DNA of 64,000 nt from a virus (Duplodnaviria; Caudoviricetes): positions 3,936 through 67,935 of IMG/VR virus record IMGVR_UViG_2615840722_000002, one strand, 5' to 3'. Within the stretch, counting starts at the first letter, position 1. The number at the start of each line of letters is the position of its first letter. The translations under genes and the position numbers were made by a program. Shown here piece by piece: positions 29,086-37,960 of this stretch. Under the pieces are notes generated by a model, which did no database searches, had not been told where the DNA came from, and saw only the letters and a program-made list of their open reading frames with translations.

Positions 29086-29373
29086 GTGATACTTATGCAT
29101 GATATTCCCTATGAGGTAGAGGATTGTATTGTTTCAGGGTTTGTTGCACAACTTAATGCGTTAAAAGGACTTTTAGAACTGGATGAAAAACATTTAAAAG
29201 ATTTAGGACGCGATTTATTTATTTCTAAATTAAGAGATCTTGAAGCGACCCTTTCTTGGTATGAACAAAATATAAAGCATCCCTTGAATAGATCGGACGA
29301 TATGAAAGAATTGCTGAAACAAGTGAATCTATTATTTGAAAAGAGAGCTGCTCAGTTATCCCCTGCAAGTTAG
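29086..29373 (+). CDS. counter-oriented hypothetical protein (moron)
   Basis: GAAGGTG RBS; TTGACT at 29035 followed by a -10-like site. Confidence 0.6.
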   Translation: MILMHDIPYEVEDCIVSGFVAQLNALKGLLELDEKHLKDLGRDLFISKLRDLEATLSWYEQNIKHPLNRSDDMKELLKQVNLLFEKRAAQLSPAS

Positions 29374-29632
29374 TCGCTCTTTTTTCTAACGTCTTGTCTG
29401 TATCCTGGTTTACTGCGGCACCAGGAGGGCCGCCGCGATTCACTCCTTACCCGCATGCGGTCAACGGGCTTCTTGTCGGTAATCAGCCGGCAGGAGGTGG
29501 TTCGTTCGACTTCATTGCATTTACCCCTGCAATAAGCGTATGTCGCGAACGATAAGGGAAGAGTGACGTATCAAGGTATAAGAAAAGCCGCCTCCAAAGA
29601 GAAGCGGCTATCTGATTTATTCGGTTGCCCTC

Positions 29633-29717
29633 AGTTTATCATGCCGGAATCTAGACAAGCAAAAAGTGTCGGAGGTGTCGGAAGTGTCGATAGTGTCGGA
29701 GATGTCGGAAGTGTCGG
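29633..29717 (-). promoter_or_regulatory. late promoter with six tandem 9-bp activator-binding repeats
   Basis: AAGTGTCGG-type x6 at 29664-29717, then TTGCTT and TGaTAAACT on the minus strand. Confidence 0.65.
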
Positions 29718-29754
29718 TTTTTAACACCCGTTGCAAGAAAACAAGGCGTTCTCA

Positions 29755-30435
29755 CTAAGAGAGCGCCTTTTCTTTTTTCTTTTCTTCATCATAGATAGCC
29801 CAAGCTAAGTCATTTACAACCTTATTTTTTAATTCCTGTGCTCTTGTACGAGATACTCCAATTTCTTTTGCAATATCCTTCATCTTTTGGCCATCCATGA
29901 TGCCCTCAAGAACAATCTGTTCCTTTTCAGATAGGTTATTCTTTTCCGCAAACGCATCAACCCGCTTCACCTTGTCTTCAAAACGTTTTACTCGTCTATT
30001 TAGCCGCTCCCATGCTTGCAGGTTATTACGCGCTTCTCTAAACACCGGATCGCTATTCCTGCCCCTTGCTTTGGGTAATGTTGCTTCAATACCATACTGG
30101 GCTGTACCAGCTGCCACATCGTCGTTACTTCCTAATCCGGATTGAATCTTACTTCGTAACTTTTCAATTTGTTGTGTCATCCAGTAATACCCGTCTAATT
30201 GGTCTTGAGCAACATGGAGCAATTCGAGTACTGGTTCCAAGTTGGTAAGAGCAAGTTGGCCATCATCGTCTATCCACTGTTCTGCTTCTTTATCATCCCA
30301 TTGCTGACATGAAGAGATTTTTCCGATGTGCATATCATGGATCCGGCACTTAGCACTTTTCCCCCAGTGGGTTCCTGGACACTTACTGCATACTGATTCG
30401 ATATATTTGTGATTTGGGTTGATTGTGGTTTGCAT
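29755..30435 (-). CDS. late transcription regulator (sigma-70 region 4/RinA-ArpU-like HTH, N-terminal Cys cluster)
   Basis: TAQYGIEATLPKA, LSEKEQIVLEGIMDGQKMKDIAKEIGVSRTR; last gene of the early operon. Confidence 0.75.
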   Translation of the reverse strand: MQTTINPNHKYIESVCSKCPGTHWGKSAKCRIHDMHIGKISSCQQWDDKEAEQWIDDDGQLALTNLEPVLELLHVAQDQLDGYYWMTQQIEKLRSKIQSGLGSNDDVAAGTAQYGIEATLPKARGRNSDPVFREARNNLQAWERLNRRVKRFEDKVKRVDAFAEKNNLSEKEQIVLEGIMDGQKMKDIAKEIGVSRTRAQELKNKVVNDLAWAIYDEEKKKEKALS

Positions 30436-30485
30436 AAAACCGCCTCCTGAGTATTTTTTGTTAAGCTAGTGGTTATCTATCTCCG

Positions 30486-30797
30486 TTACCGCCTCGTTTG
30501 CTTCATTGCTCCGCCTACACGCTTCCAAGTCGGATGATGCATCATCTGCTCTGTCTTCCTGAATTCCCTTTCGTCCCTTTCATCTTTCCGTGGGTATACC
30601 ATCTTGCCATCCAATATGTGTACACGTCGATTCATCCGCCTTCCTAATGTGATGGTGTATACCCCATCCTTTAACTTGTGATCGACGTCCTTTATAAGCT
30701 GCTCATTTATCCTTACTGCACCTTGGTATACCATTCGTCGCGCTTCTCCATTAGCCGCACATATCCCTGAATGAGTTAAAACAGCAAGAATGTTCAT
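30486..30797 (-). CDS. S4 RNA-binding domain protein (TyrRS-C-like)
   Basis: SGICAANGEARRMVYQGAVRINEQLIKD...ITLGRR. Confidence 0.7.
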   Translation of the reverse strand: MNILAVLTHSGICAANGEARRMVYQGAVRINEQLIKDVDHKLKDGVYTITLGRRMNRRVHILDGKMVYPRKDERDEREFRKTEQMMHHPTWKRVGGAMKQTRR

Positions 30798-30947
30798 CTT
30801 TTTATCCCCCTTTTCAAATAAAAAGAGGACACCGCCTTTAATAAGCCTGTAGCAAGGCATATAACCCCGCTTGAGCTTAGTAAAAGTGGTGTCCTCCAAT
30901 GTTTGGTCAGACGTATATTTTTATGGGTTATCGGATTAAGTCGTTCA

Positions 30948-31160
30948 TCAAGCTAACCACTCAGTAAGATAGTCCATTTTACATTCACCACAGTAATGCA
31001 CATTCTGATTTTCGTTATGTTTATTGCGTTTAGCAGGTACAAAATCTTCATCACTAAACAATGCTCGTATATATGGTTGCTTTACTTCAATTGCTTCAAT
31101 GTCTTCAGAATCAATAACTTTCTTACAATGGTCACAACAATAAGCCATCATTTCTACCAA
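30948..31160 (-). CDS. small Zn-finger-like protein
   Basis: CCDHC...HYCGEC; AAGGAG RBS. Confidence 0.65.
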   Translation of the reverse strand: MVEMMAYCCDHCKKVIDSEDIEAIEVKQPYIRALFSDEDFVPAKRNKHNENQNVHYCGECKMDYLTEWLA

Positions 31161-31199
31161 CTCCTTTTATGCTTTCTTATACAGTCCGAATAGCTATTT

Positions 31200-31346
31200 T
31201 TATATGAACAAGAAAACAATCGCTAATAAGAAAAATACAAAAGTCAAAGAGCCTGCAGCAGCAAAAATTTCAAAGTCATCTTGTCCTGCTCCTGTTAACG
31301 AAACAAAGCAACAATAGACAGAAACAAGAATACAAAATGCGCTCAT
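31200..31346 (-). CDS. small two-TM membrane protein
   Basis: Two hydrophobic stretches; start MSAF. Confidence 0.55.
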   Translation of the reverse strand: MSAFCILVSVYCCFVSLTGAGQDDFEIFAAAGSLTFVFFLLAIVFLFI

Positions 31347-31347
31347 T

Positions 31348-31677
31348 CTACCACCGCCGATACCTAAATCCTTGGAAGCCACGCATTTCCGGTCCTTGTT
31401 CTTCTCTTAGGTCATCCCCGAATACTTGGCATCTACCGCCCCATGTCCGGCCTGTTGTCTCACATTTGATTGCCGAGTCCTTTTTTATATTGGTAACTCG
31501 GACGGAATAAGCGACACGGCCATCATAAACAAAGTACATCCGGCTACCTAGTTTCAATTCTTTCGGTATGCGTGATAGCGTCCAAACCTTTTGTAATTCC
31601 GGATCCTGTTTTATCTCTTCGACTTCTTTGGCAAAGTTCTCATATTCGCTCTTAGGTACCGCTACAACAATATCCAT
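31348..31677 (-). CDS. hypothetical protein, possibly PUA/ASCH-like
   Basis: LKLGSRMYFVYDG and terminal MRGFQGFRY. Confidence 0.6.
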   Translation of the reverse strand: MDIVVAVPKSEYENFAKEVEEIKQDPELQKVWTLSRIPKELKLGSRMYFVYDGRVAYSVRVTNIKKDSAIKCETTGRTWGGRCQVFGDDLREEQGPEMRGFQGFRYRRW

Positions 31678-31679
31678 CG

Positions 31680-31907
31680 CTACCTCTTTCTCCGGCTTCT
31701 GCCTGGAATACGTAGTGTCTCTTTGCTTACAATGTCTACGACTTCACCATCAACTATTACAAGCTCTACTGTTCCATAAAGGGGAGCCTTGACCTCATAT
31801 GCAGCTATCCCGGTTGTTAAATAAAGCTTGTCCTTACCTTCTGTATTTAAAGGGATTTTCGCCTCTTCTGTTTGGAGATTATTTGCGATTTCACGTAGCT
31901 CTGCCAT
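31680..31907 (-). CDS. XtrA/YqaO-like small phage protein
   Basis: APLYGTVELVIVDGEVVDI. Confidence 0.55.
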   Translation of the reverse strand: MAELREIANNLQTEEAKIPLNTEGKDKLYLTTGIAAYEVKAPLYGTVELVIVDGEVVDIVSKETLRIPGRSRRKR

Positions 31908-32196
31908 CTGTATTCCCCCGCTCTGTGATATAATGTAGGTAATAGTATGAGCAGGTGTTTTCCCCTCTTCGGTAGCCGCCGTTGAGGGGAATTTTTTTAT
32001 TTGAAACTTTTTCTATTTATGTCTCGTACTGTATATTGCGCCAGTATTTCTTTGTCTTGCTTCTGTGGCCCGCCAGCCACAGAAGATCCTCATGTTTAAA
32101 TTCTCTCGTGCAGGGGAATATATTGTGTAGGTAATAGCATCATGATTTACTCCCCTAACTCTTGCCCCTTCAAATGAAGGGGCTTATTTTTTACTC

Positions 32197-32364
32197 CTAA
32201 AATTCCGGTTCATCAGACAGCTTCAGCTTGTCCCATATCGGGTCAATTTGCTTTTCGCAATCAATTACATCAATGTATCCTTTGCCCCCACAGGAAGGGC
32301 ATTCATGGCCTCCTGTACGTCCTTTCCCTTCGCATAAGCTGCATGTTTGTTCTTTGGTGTCCAT
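32197..32364 (-). CDS. 55-aa DnaJ-type Zn-finger protein (not in the ORF track)
   Basis: MDTKEQTCSLCEGKG...ECPSCGGKGY; GGAGG RBS. Confidence 0.7.
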   Translation of the reverse strand: MDTKEQTCSLCEGKGRTGGHECPSCGGKGYIDVIDCEKQIDPIWDKLKLSDEPEF

Positions 32365-32372
32365 GTTTCCTC

Positions 32373-32630
32373 CTATTTAATCTCTTTGATTCTCCAGGTA
32401 CGCAAGCAGCCGTATGACTTTGGATGCCTTACTTCCTGTCTCAAAACCTTTTGTTTCGCTGTCTCCATGTCGGGAGCTGGTACCGTTATACGAAAGAAGC
32501 AATCTTTATAATCGTAGTAACCGACAGAGTACAGTTTGTCTTGTGAGGCGACCTCCTGTGGCTGGCTTGGCTCTAGTTGGAATATATCCATTTGTTCAAT
32601 GTGTTCGTGTTCAGTTACTTGCATGAGCAT
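32373..32630 (-). CDS. hypothetical protein
   Basis: Tightly packed in the operon. Confidence 0.55.
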   Translation of the reverse strand: MLMQVTEHEHIEQMDIFQLEPSQPQEVASQDKLYSVGYYDYKDCFFRITVPAPDMETAKQKVLRQEVRHPKSYGCLRTWRIKEIK

Positions 32631-33072
32631 TCACCGCTTTCTTGTCTTTCCATTTCACTTCTTCTCCCATGGCCTTATGTCGCTTGATATGGCATTCTTG
32701 GCAGAGCATGACGAGATTATCTACATAGTTGCTACCGCCATCGATGCGAGGGACAATATGATGAGCATGTAAACTTTGATTAAACTTTTTTATGTGCTCT
32801 AGGTTTGTCATTCCACACTCCTGACAGGTTTTCTTATCACGCTCTAGCGCCTTCTTCCTTTGCCGTTGGAAGTCTTCAGGCCAGTAGATAACGTCTAACC
32901 ATTCGTCGCGGTGTTCTTGGCAGCAGAAACGTTTCCGTTTGTCGTTCAGCTCTACACCGCACCACCGGCAGTTGAGAAAGGTATCCTCATCACGCATACG
33001 CTCTTTCGGGAGCGGATAGGTTATATTGTTGACTCTCTTCTCAATGAATGAGGAGTCGCCTTTTCTTTTCAT
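32611..33072 (-). CDS. HNH endonuclease with N-terminal Zn ribbon
   Basis: CRWCG, RDKKTCQECG, HAHHIVP..GGSN..NLVMLCQECH. Confidence 0.88.
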   Translation of the reverse strand: MKRKGDSSFIEKRVNNITYPLPKERMRDEDTFLNCRWCGVELNDKRKRFCCQEHRDEWLDVIYWPEDFQRQRKKALERDKKTCQECGMTNLEHIKKFNQSLHAHHIVPRIDGGSNYVDNLVMLCQECHIKRHKAMGEEVKWKDKKAVNAHASN

Positions 33073-33218
33073 CCTTTGTTTCCCTTCCCATATGTTCTAT
33101 TTCATCCGTTCATAGGCTTGTGTTATATTCTTTAGGTGGGCGCTCCGGTGGGGGCCGGGACGCCCAATGTTGTTTTATAACGTTTCTTTTCTAGCCGGTC
33201 AATTTGGACCGGCACTTT

Positions 33219-33956
33219 TTATGCTGCCAAACGCGGACGCCAAGCTTGTACATACTTCATTGCTTCTTCAAAATCGCATCGGCGTATATCTCGATAACTG
33301 GCGACAGCGAAACAATCTTTGATGGAGCGGTGAATCTGGCTATATAGCTTCCTCTTTACTTTTCCAAGGTCTGGAGTAATACGATCTTGTTCATTAAATC
33401 CTAGTTGTTGAAATTCGACCCGTTCAGCTAAATCAAGTACCCGACGATTGATTGCTTTTTGTAGCGTATACTGCTCATGATGTTGTAGGGTGATTTGTTC
33501 TTCTACCTTACGGGTTACTTCTGTAAGTCGCTGCTCTACTGATTCAAGCCGTTCCTCATGTTCAAGTGCTGATTTTAGTAGCTCCATGCGTACCTGACGC
33601 TCATCGAGAGGGATGACGTTGTTCTTTACTTCTTTGGCCCGCCTTTCCATTTCAATGAAATATTTGCGTACTTGTCGCCCTCGTTCATTGTTTTCTACCA
33701 TTGATATTTCTTTGGCTGTATCCATAGTGAGAAGATATTCAACAGAAGGGCGGCCACCCTGACTTTTTCCCGGAATTGTGAAAAAGTCCTCACCAGCTTC
33801 GAATCCGTACTTTTCAATGCGTCGCTGAATCCATTGAGAAAACTTATCCTCTACTCCAAGGAATCCATGAAGCTCACGGCCATTGATTAATCGTTGGTTA
33901 TCTTCAGTTGCGTACACTGGGATTAGCTCGTTTGCAATTACGCGAAGGTTACTCAT
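33219..33956 (-). CDS. AntA/AntB antirepressor with ORF6C C-terminus
   Basis: INGRELHGFL, FSQWIQRRIEKYGF, GGRPSVEY, AKEISMVE, RKYFIEME. Confidence 0.9.
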   Translation of the reverse strand: MSNLRVIANELIPVYATEDNQRLINGRELHGFLGVEDKFSQWIQRRIEKYGFEAGEDFFTIPGKSQGGRPSVEYLLTMDTAKEISMVENNERGRQVRKYFIEMERRAKEVKNNVIPLDERQVRMELLKSALEHEERLESVEQRLTEVTRKVEEQITLQHHEQYTLQKAINRRVLDLAERVEFQQLGFNEQDRITPDLGKVKRKLYSQIHRSIKDCFAVASYRDIRRCDFEEAMKYVQAWRPRLAA

Positions 33957-34011
33957 TATATCCTCTCCTTTTCGTTTAAGGGTTGTTTTGCGTATACTTA
34001 AATCGACTTGT

Positions 34012-34197
34012 TTACGATAATCCGTACTTTTCTAACATCTTTAGTACTTTTTCATAGGCTAAAGCTTCACCATGAAGCATCTCTATCTTTTTAGTTTCAT
34101 CGTGATAATTTGCTCCACTCCTACGTTCTATACGTTTATCAATTACTGCAATTTTGGATTTTAATTCATTACGGATTTCTTCAACTACGTTTGACAT
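34012..34197 (-). CDS. small hypothetical protein
   Basis: GGAGGG RBS. Confidence 0.6.
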   Translation of the reverse strand: MSNVVEEIRNELKSKIAVIDKRIERRSGANYHDETKKIEMLHGEALAYEKVLKMLEKYGLS

Positions 34198-34238
34198 GGT
34201 TTATCCCTCCTTTTTCGCAATATGGGCTGAAGTGCGAA

Positions 34239-34490
34239 TTAATTTAGTGCTATGAACTGCTCCATTTCACTCTCGTACAGACAAACATCAACCTCATTGC
34301 CATCCTCTAAATAAAACATTAAATCGTAATATGGTTCTGGGTCCCTCGGTAGATACAACCCCATTGATTCGACTACACCCTTAGTGCCTTTTTTAATAAC
34401 TAAAGTGTCAATTATTTCACCATCGTCATCATACTCATAAATCTCAAAATCTTCTTTTACTTCAACATTTTCGAACTCATATCCAACCAT
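34239..34490 (-). CDS. acidic hypothetical protein
   Basis: GGAGGAG RBS before MVGYE. Confidence 0.6.
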   Translation of the reverse strand: MVGYEFENVEVKEDFEIYEYDDDGEIIDTLVIKKGTKGVVESMGLYLPRDPEPYYDLMFYLEDGNEVDVCLYESEMEQFIALN

Positions 34491-34538
34491 TATTTCTCCT
34501 CCGTTAGTGAGCAAATGACTTTTCGCTATATTGCCGAA

Positions 34539-34664
34539 TTAAGCTTCTAATTTACTCATGATAGATTCATACAAATGAATATCCTCATCTGCCACATCCG
34601 CTCCATCATTGAATGTGTCACGTAAAACAAGTGCGAGCCACTTCTTTTCTTCTGTCGTTAGCAT
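34539..34664 (-). CDS. 41-aa hypothetical protein (not in the ORF track)
   Basis: MLTTEEKKWLALVLRDTFNDG...SKLEA; AAGGAGG RBS. Confidence 0.6.
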   Translation of the reverse strand: MLTTEEKKWLALVLRDTFNDGADVADEDIHLYESIMSKLEA

Positions 34665-34712
34665 AGTTTCATTCCTCCTTATCGCAATATGGGCTAAAGT
34701 GTGAATACTGTG

Positions 34713-35810
34713 CTACAGGTTTAGAACTGCTTGAACGCTAGAAGTACGCTTTTGCGAAAGATTGATATATTTATCGTTCAAATCAATACCTGTAAACTCA
34801 CGATTGTACTTCATGGCCACTCTTCCAGTTGTTCCGGATCCGAAGAATGGGTCCAGCACCCTTCCGCCTTCAGGACAACCAGCTAAGATACATGGCTCAA
34901 TCAGTTTTTCCGGAAACGTCGCAAAATGACTTTCTGCTAATTGTGCTGTGGCCACTGTCCAAACCGAGCGCTTATTTCGCATTCCGGATTCGTTTGGCTG
35001 GTTACCATGGCTTTCTCGGATAACTGTATTTGAATTGTCGAAGCTTTGACCTTGCGTATATTGGCCACCACCACGAAAAGTTTTACTGTTGCCTTTTCGT
35101 CTTCTCGATTGTTGTGGACCAAATGCACCTTCTGATCCAGCTGGAGGACGAAAGTCGAATCCGACTGCAGGTTCTTTTATTGCTTCAGCATCGTAATAAT
35201 ACTTTTTGCTTTTACTCAGAAGGAACATGTATTCATGGGCCTTAGTTGGTCTGTCAACCACACTCTCAGGCATGCAATTTGGTTTGTGCCAGATGTTATC
35301 CATTCGCAAATACCATCCGTCCGCCTGTAGTGCGAATGCTACGCGCCACGGAATACCAACAAGATCCTTCTGTTTTAATCCGTCCGGCATATCTCGCCTT
35401 GGCCTTGTTCGTGCCGTCTCACCCTGCTTATCAGACAGATAGTGTTTACCGTGCCAGCGAGCATTAAATCCTTCATCCCTACGCGGATTACCAGCGTAGC
35501 TATCTCCAAAATTCAGCCAAAGCGTTCCGTCATCCCGCAGTGTGCGTCGTACTTCCCGGAACACCAGGACCATATGAGCGACGAACATTTCTGGCGTCGG
35601 CTCCAAGCCCAGGCATCCAGTCCATTCTGGAATATGAATATCCGGTAAGCCTGGCATCGGTGAGTATGTCATTGCTGGCCAGCTTGACGGTGGAATACCA
35701 TAGTCACGTAATCCCCAATACGGAGGAGAAGTAACGCAGCAATTAAAATATCCGTCCGGTTTTTGTTTTAAAACTTCTTTGCAATCTCCTTGTAAAATTT
35801 CGTTGGCCAC
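34713..35810 (-). CDS. N4-C/N6-A DNA methyltransferase (beta class), orphan
   Basis: VTSPPY before DPFFGSGTTG; HFATFP; no cognate restriction enzyme nearby. Confidence 0.92.
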   Translation of the reverse strand: MANEILQGDCKEVLKQKPDGYFNCCVTSPPYWGLRDYGIPPSSWPAMTYSPMPGLPDIHIPEWTGCLGLEPTPEMFVAHMVLVFREVRRTLRDDGTLWLNFGDSYAGNPRRDEGFNARWHGKHYLSDKQGETARTRPRRDMPDGLKQKDLVGIPWRVAFALQADGWYLRMDNIWHKPNCMPESVVDRPTKAHEYMFLLSKSKKYYYDAEAIKEPAVGFDFRPPAGSEGAFGPQQSRRRKGNSKTFRGGGQYTQGQSFDNSNTVIRESHGNQPNESGMRNKRSVWTVATAQLAESHFATFPEKLIEPCILAGCPEGGRVLDPFFGSGTTGRVAMKYNREFTGIDLNDKYINLSQKRTSSVQAVLNL

Positions 35811-35853
35811 AAATTTCTCATCCTTTCGCTTTTCGTCATATCGCCTTAGTGCG

Positions 35854-36135
35854 CTATACAGCTTGTCCGTATGCACCGCCAGCACGTTTCTTAATTCGTC
35901 CCTTTCTCGATTGATCCAAGGCCAATTCTTCTACGTCATAAAGTTCACGTCCTAACTCTGCCGCAATCTCATCTAAGGGCACATTCTCTTTCCAACGTTT
36001 CCGAAATAGTCGAACTTGCTTCATGGACCAGATAAAGTCAATATCAGCACCGGCTACATAAACTTCGTCTCGTTCTTCTTTCAGGTAACAACTTTCAATT
36101 TGTTTGGCTGCTTTCTTAGCAAGAGCAGGATTCAC
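35854..36135 (-). CDS. HTH-like hypothetical protein
   Basis: DFIWS...WKENVPLDEIAAELGR. Confidence 0.65.
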   Translation of the reverse strand: MNPALAKKAAKQIESCYLKEERDEVYVAGADIDFIWSMKQVRLFRKRWKENVPLDEIAAELGRELYDVEELALDQSRKGRIKKRAGGAYGQAV

Positions 36136-36136
36136 C

Positions 36137-36532
36137 TTACTTCACCCCTCTCTTATACCTCCCGGGTCTTGTGATAGCCTCTACAATGTCCATCCCTAAC
36201 TCTTTTAAACGGTAATGAACGGTTTGCTTGGATAATCCGTTTTTTCTGGCTATATCTAGCACCCATTTAGGCATTGCCTTTGCTCTTTCTTTAGTTGGCT
36301 TGATAGAAAGAACAACATAACCGTCTTTTTGTTCGTAATTTGTCATGTACATAATTTCAGCAGCTACTTCCCTATCTGTGTATGCTTGTTTTTCTGGGCA
36401 CCATTCTTTTAAGACCACCCAATCACCTACAGCAAAGTTCCGATCGTTCTTTCTAATTTCGAATGCTTTATTACCATCAAAAACCGCCTGGAAGTACTCT
36501 GGCCACGTTTTTAAAAAGTGTACATTTGCCAT
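36137..36532 (-). CDS. DUF3850/ASCH-domain protein with C-terminal HTH
   Basis: HFLKTWPEYFQAV..GNKAFEIRKNDRNFAVGD..LKEW. Confidence 0.85.
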   Translation of the reverse strand: MANVHFLKTWPEYFQAVFDGNKAFEIRKNDRNFAVGDWVVLKEWCPEKQAYTDREVAAEIMYMTNYEQKDGYVVLSIKPTKERAKAMPKWVLDIARKNGLSKQTVHYRLKELGMDIVEAITRPGRYKRGVK

Positions 36533-36903
36533 TAGTCCTTCATCCTTTCTTTCTTCCGCTTACACCCATGCCCTACACCTTCTTGTATACTTGCCGCCGT
36601 CTTCAGCCACCGTCCACACTCTTCACAGGGCTTCCACATCTGACGTGGCAATATCGTCTGTTGTGCAGCCTTTGACGCTCGTTTCCTTGGTCGCCTCTTA
36701 TAGTGACAGCAGGCGTTATCTGTTGCATTTACGGTCCAATACACCTTCCTGCAACGCTCTTTCTGTTTCCCTGAAAACGGGAAGTACTTGCATCCGCCGC
36801 AAAATAGTGGTTTTTCTTCCTTTGGCTTTTCTTTTGGTAGCCAAGGAAACAATTCATCGATTATTTCTTTTCGCTCCATGAATGACCACCACCGACTTTC
36901 CAA
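36532..36903 (-). CDS. Cys-rich protein with DUF6011-like C-terminal Zn finger
   Basis: CEECGRWLK..SIQEGVGHGC. Confidence 0.6.
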   Translation of the reverse strand: MESRWWSFMERKEIIDELFPWLPKEKPKEEKPLFCGGCKYFPFSGKQKERCRKVYWTVNATDNACCHYKRRPRKRASKAAQQTILPRQMWKPCEECGRWLKTAASIQEGVGHGCKRKKERMKD

Positions 36904-37018
36904 CTTTCAACCCGATAATTAGTCGTGCTTTGGTTAATCCAGTTCGAAACTTTGCGCGAGAGAATCACTGGGGCCGGACCGCGTTTTTTCTTCTGTTCTG
37001 CCATGTTTTTCACCCCGC

Positions 37019-37297
37019 CTATGAGCATTGCTCGAATTGATCAATCCGTTTAGTTACCTTCTGCCGAATCCGTTGCTTTCTTGTCCGTTCCACGATGCGC
37101 TGTAACCGTTGCAACTGCTTTTCCTTCACATTTACTACTGCATCCTTCTGAACTTCTTTAGCAGGCTTAGGCGGTATGTAGTCTTTAGCCTCCTGCGGTT
37201 TTAACCAATCGTTTAACGCATCCATAACAGGTCTTCCGCCAAAGTACAGTACGCCAGGATTAACCATTTCCATGTAAACAACCCCTTTTCGATTCAT
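37019..37297 (-). CDS. hypothetical protein
   Basis: RLQRIVERTRKQRIRQK motif seen in phage early genes. Confidence 0.55.
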   Translation of the reverse strand: MNRKGVVYMEMVNPGVLYFGGRPVMDALNDWLKPQEAKDYIPPKPAKEVQKDAVVNVKEKQLQRLQRIVERTRKQRIRQKVTKRIDQFEQCS

Positions 37298-37414
37298 AAC
37301 AATCCAGATGTTGCTTTATCATACGAATAGCCGTATTACCTAGCATGGTTATTCGCCTACTCTCTTTGCTTTTTAGGCGGGGAAGCATAAGCGCAAGCGC
37401 CTTGTCTGTGTTTG

Positions 37415-37960
37415 TCATGCTGTCTCGCCTTCTATCTCCCGGTCTACAAAGAGCAGATAGTCTATATTCGCCCGCAGAGTTACCGGTACTTCTGGACAGT
37501 GTTCCAGGAATTCGTTATATGCGATACTTTTGCGCCCGCCTTCCTTGGCCCGTTTCCGACATTTCTGAATGAACGAGAATGGAGCATAGAAGATGGTTCC
37601 TTTCTTTTCAAACCTGATCAGGACAAAACATAAGGCACCGTGTTTTTCTGCTGCCTCGAAGTGTTCCAACTGGTGCGCCTCTATGTTCGCAAGCGGAAAA
37701 CTTGTCTCACTTTGCGTATTCTTCGCTTCAAAGTAGAGCGCCTTACCGCGATATATTCCGTCATAATCGACCGTGCTTTTCTTTTCAAAGACTCCACTTA
37801 GTACGCGATTCCCTTGCGTTTTCAATGCCTTGATTGGCGTAGGGCGTTTGTGTATTAGCGCTACCTCGCCGTTTTTATATTGCAAATTGGTTGAGTCGAT
37901 AATGTCCTCAAATGCTTGCCCGGATGCTTCTGGACGCCGTTTATAAAATCGTCTAGCCAT
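37415..37960 (-). CDS. recU: Holliday junction resolvase RecU
   Basis: IHKRPTP, STVDYDGIYRG, FEAKNT, FPLANIEAHQ. Confidence 0.92.
   Translation of the reverse strand: MARRFYKRRPEASGQAFEDIIDSTNLQYKNGEVALIHKRPTPIKALKTQGNRVLSGVFEKKSTVDYDGIYRGKALYFEAKNTQSETSFPLANIEAHQLEHFEAAEKHGALCFVLIRFEKKGTIFYAPFSFIQKCRKRAKEGGRKSIAYNEFLEHCPEVPVTLRANIDYLLFVDREIEGETA

Noticed and set aside
34713-35810. Restriction-modification system
   Set aside because: MTase is orphan; the nearby HNH is a typical phage stand-alone type
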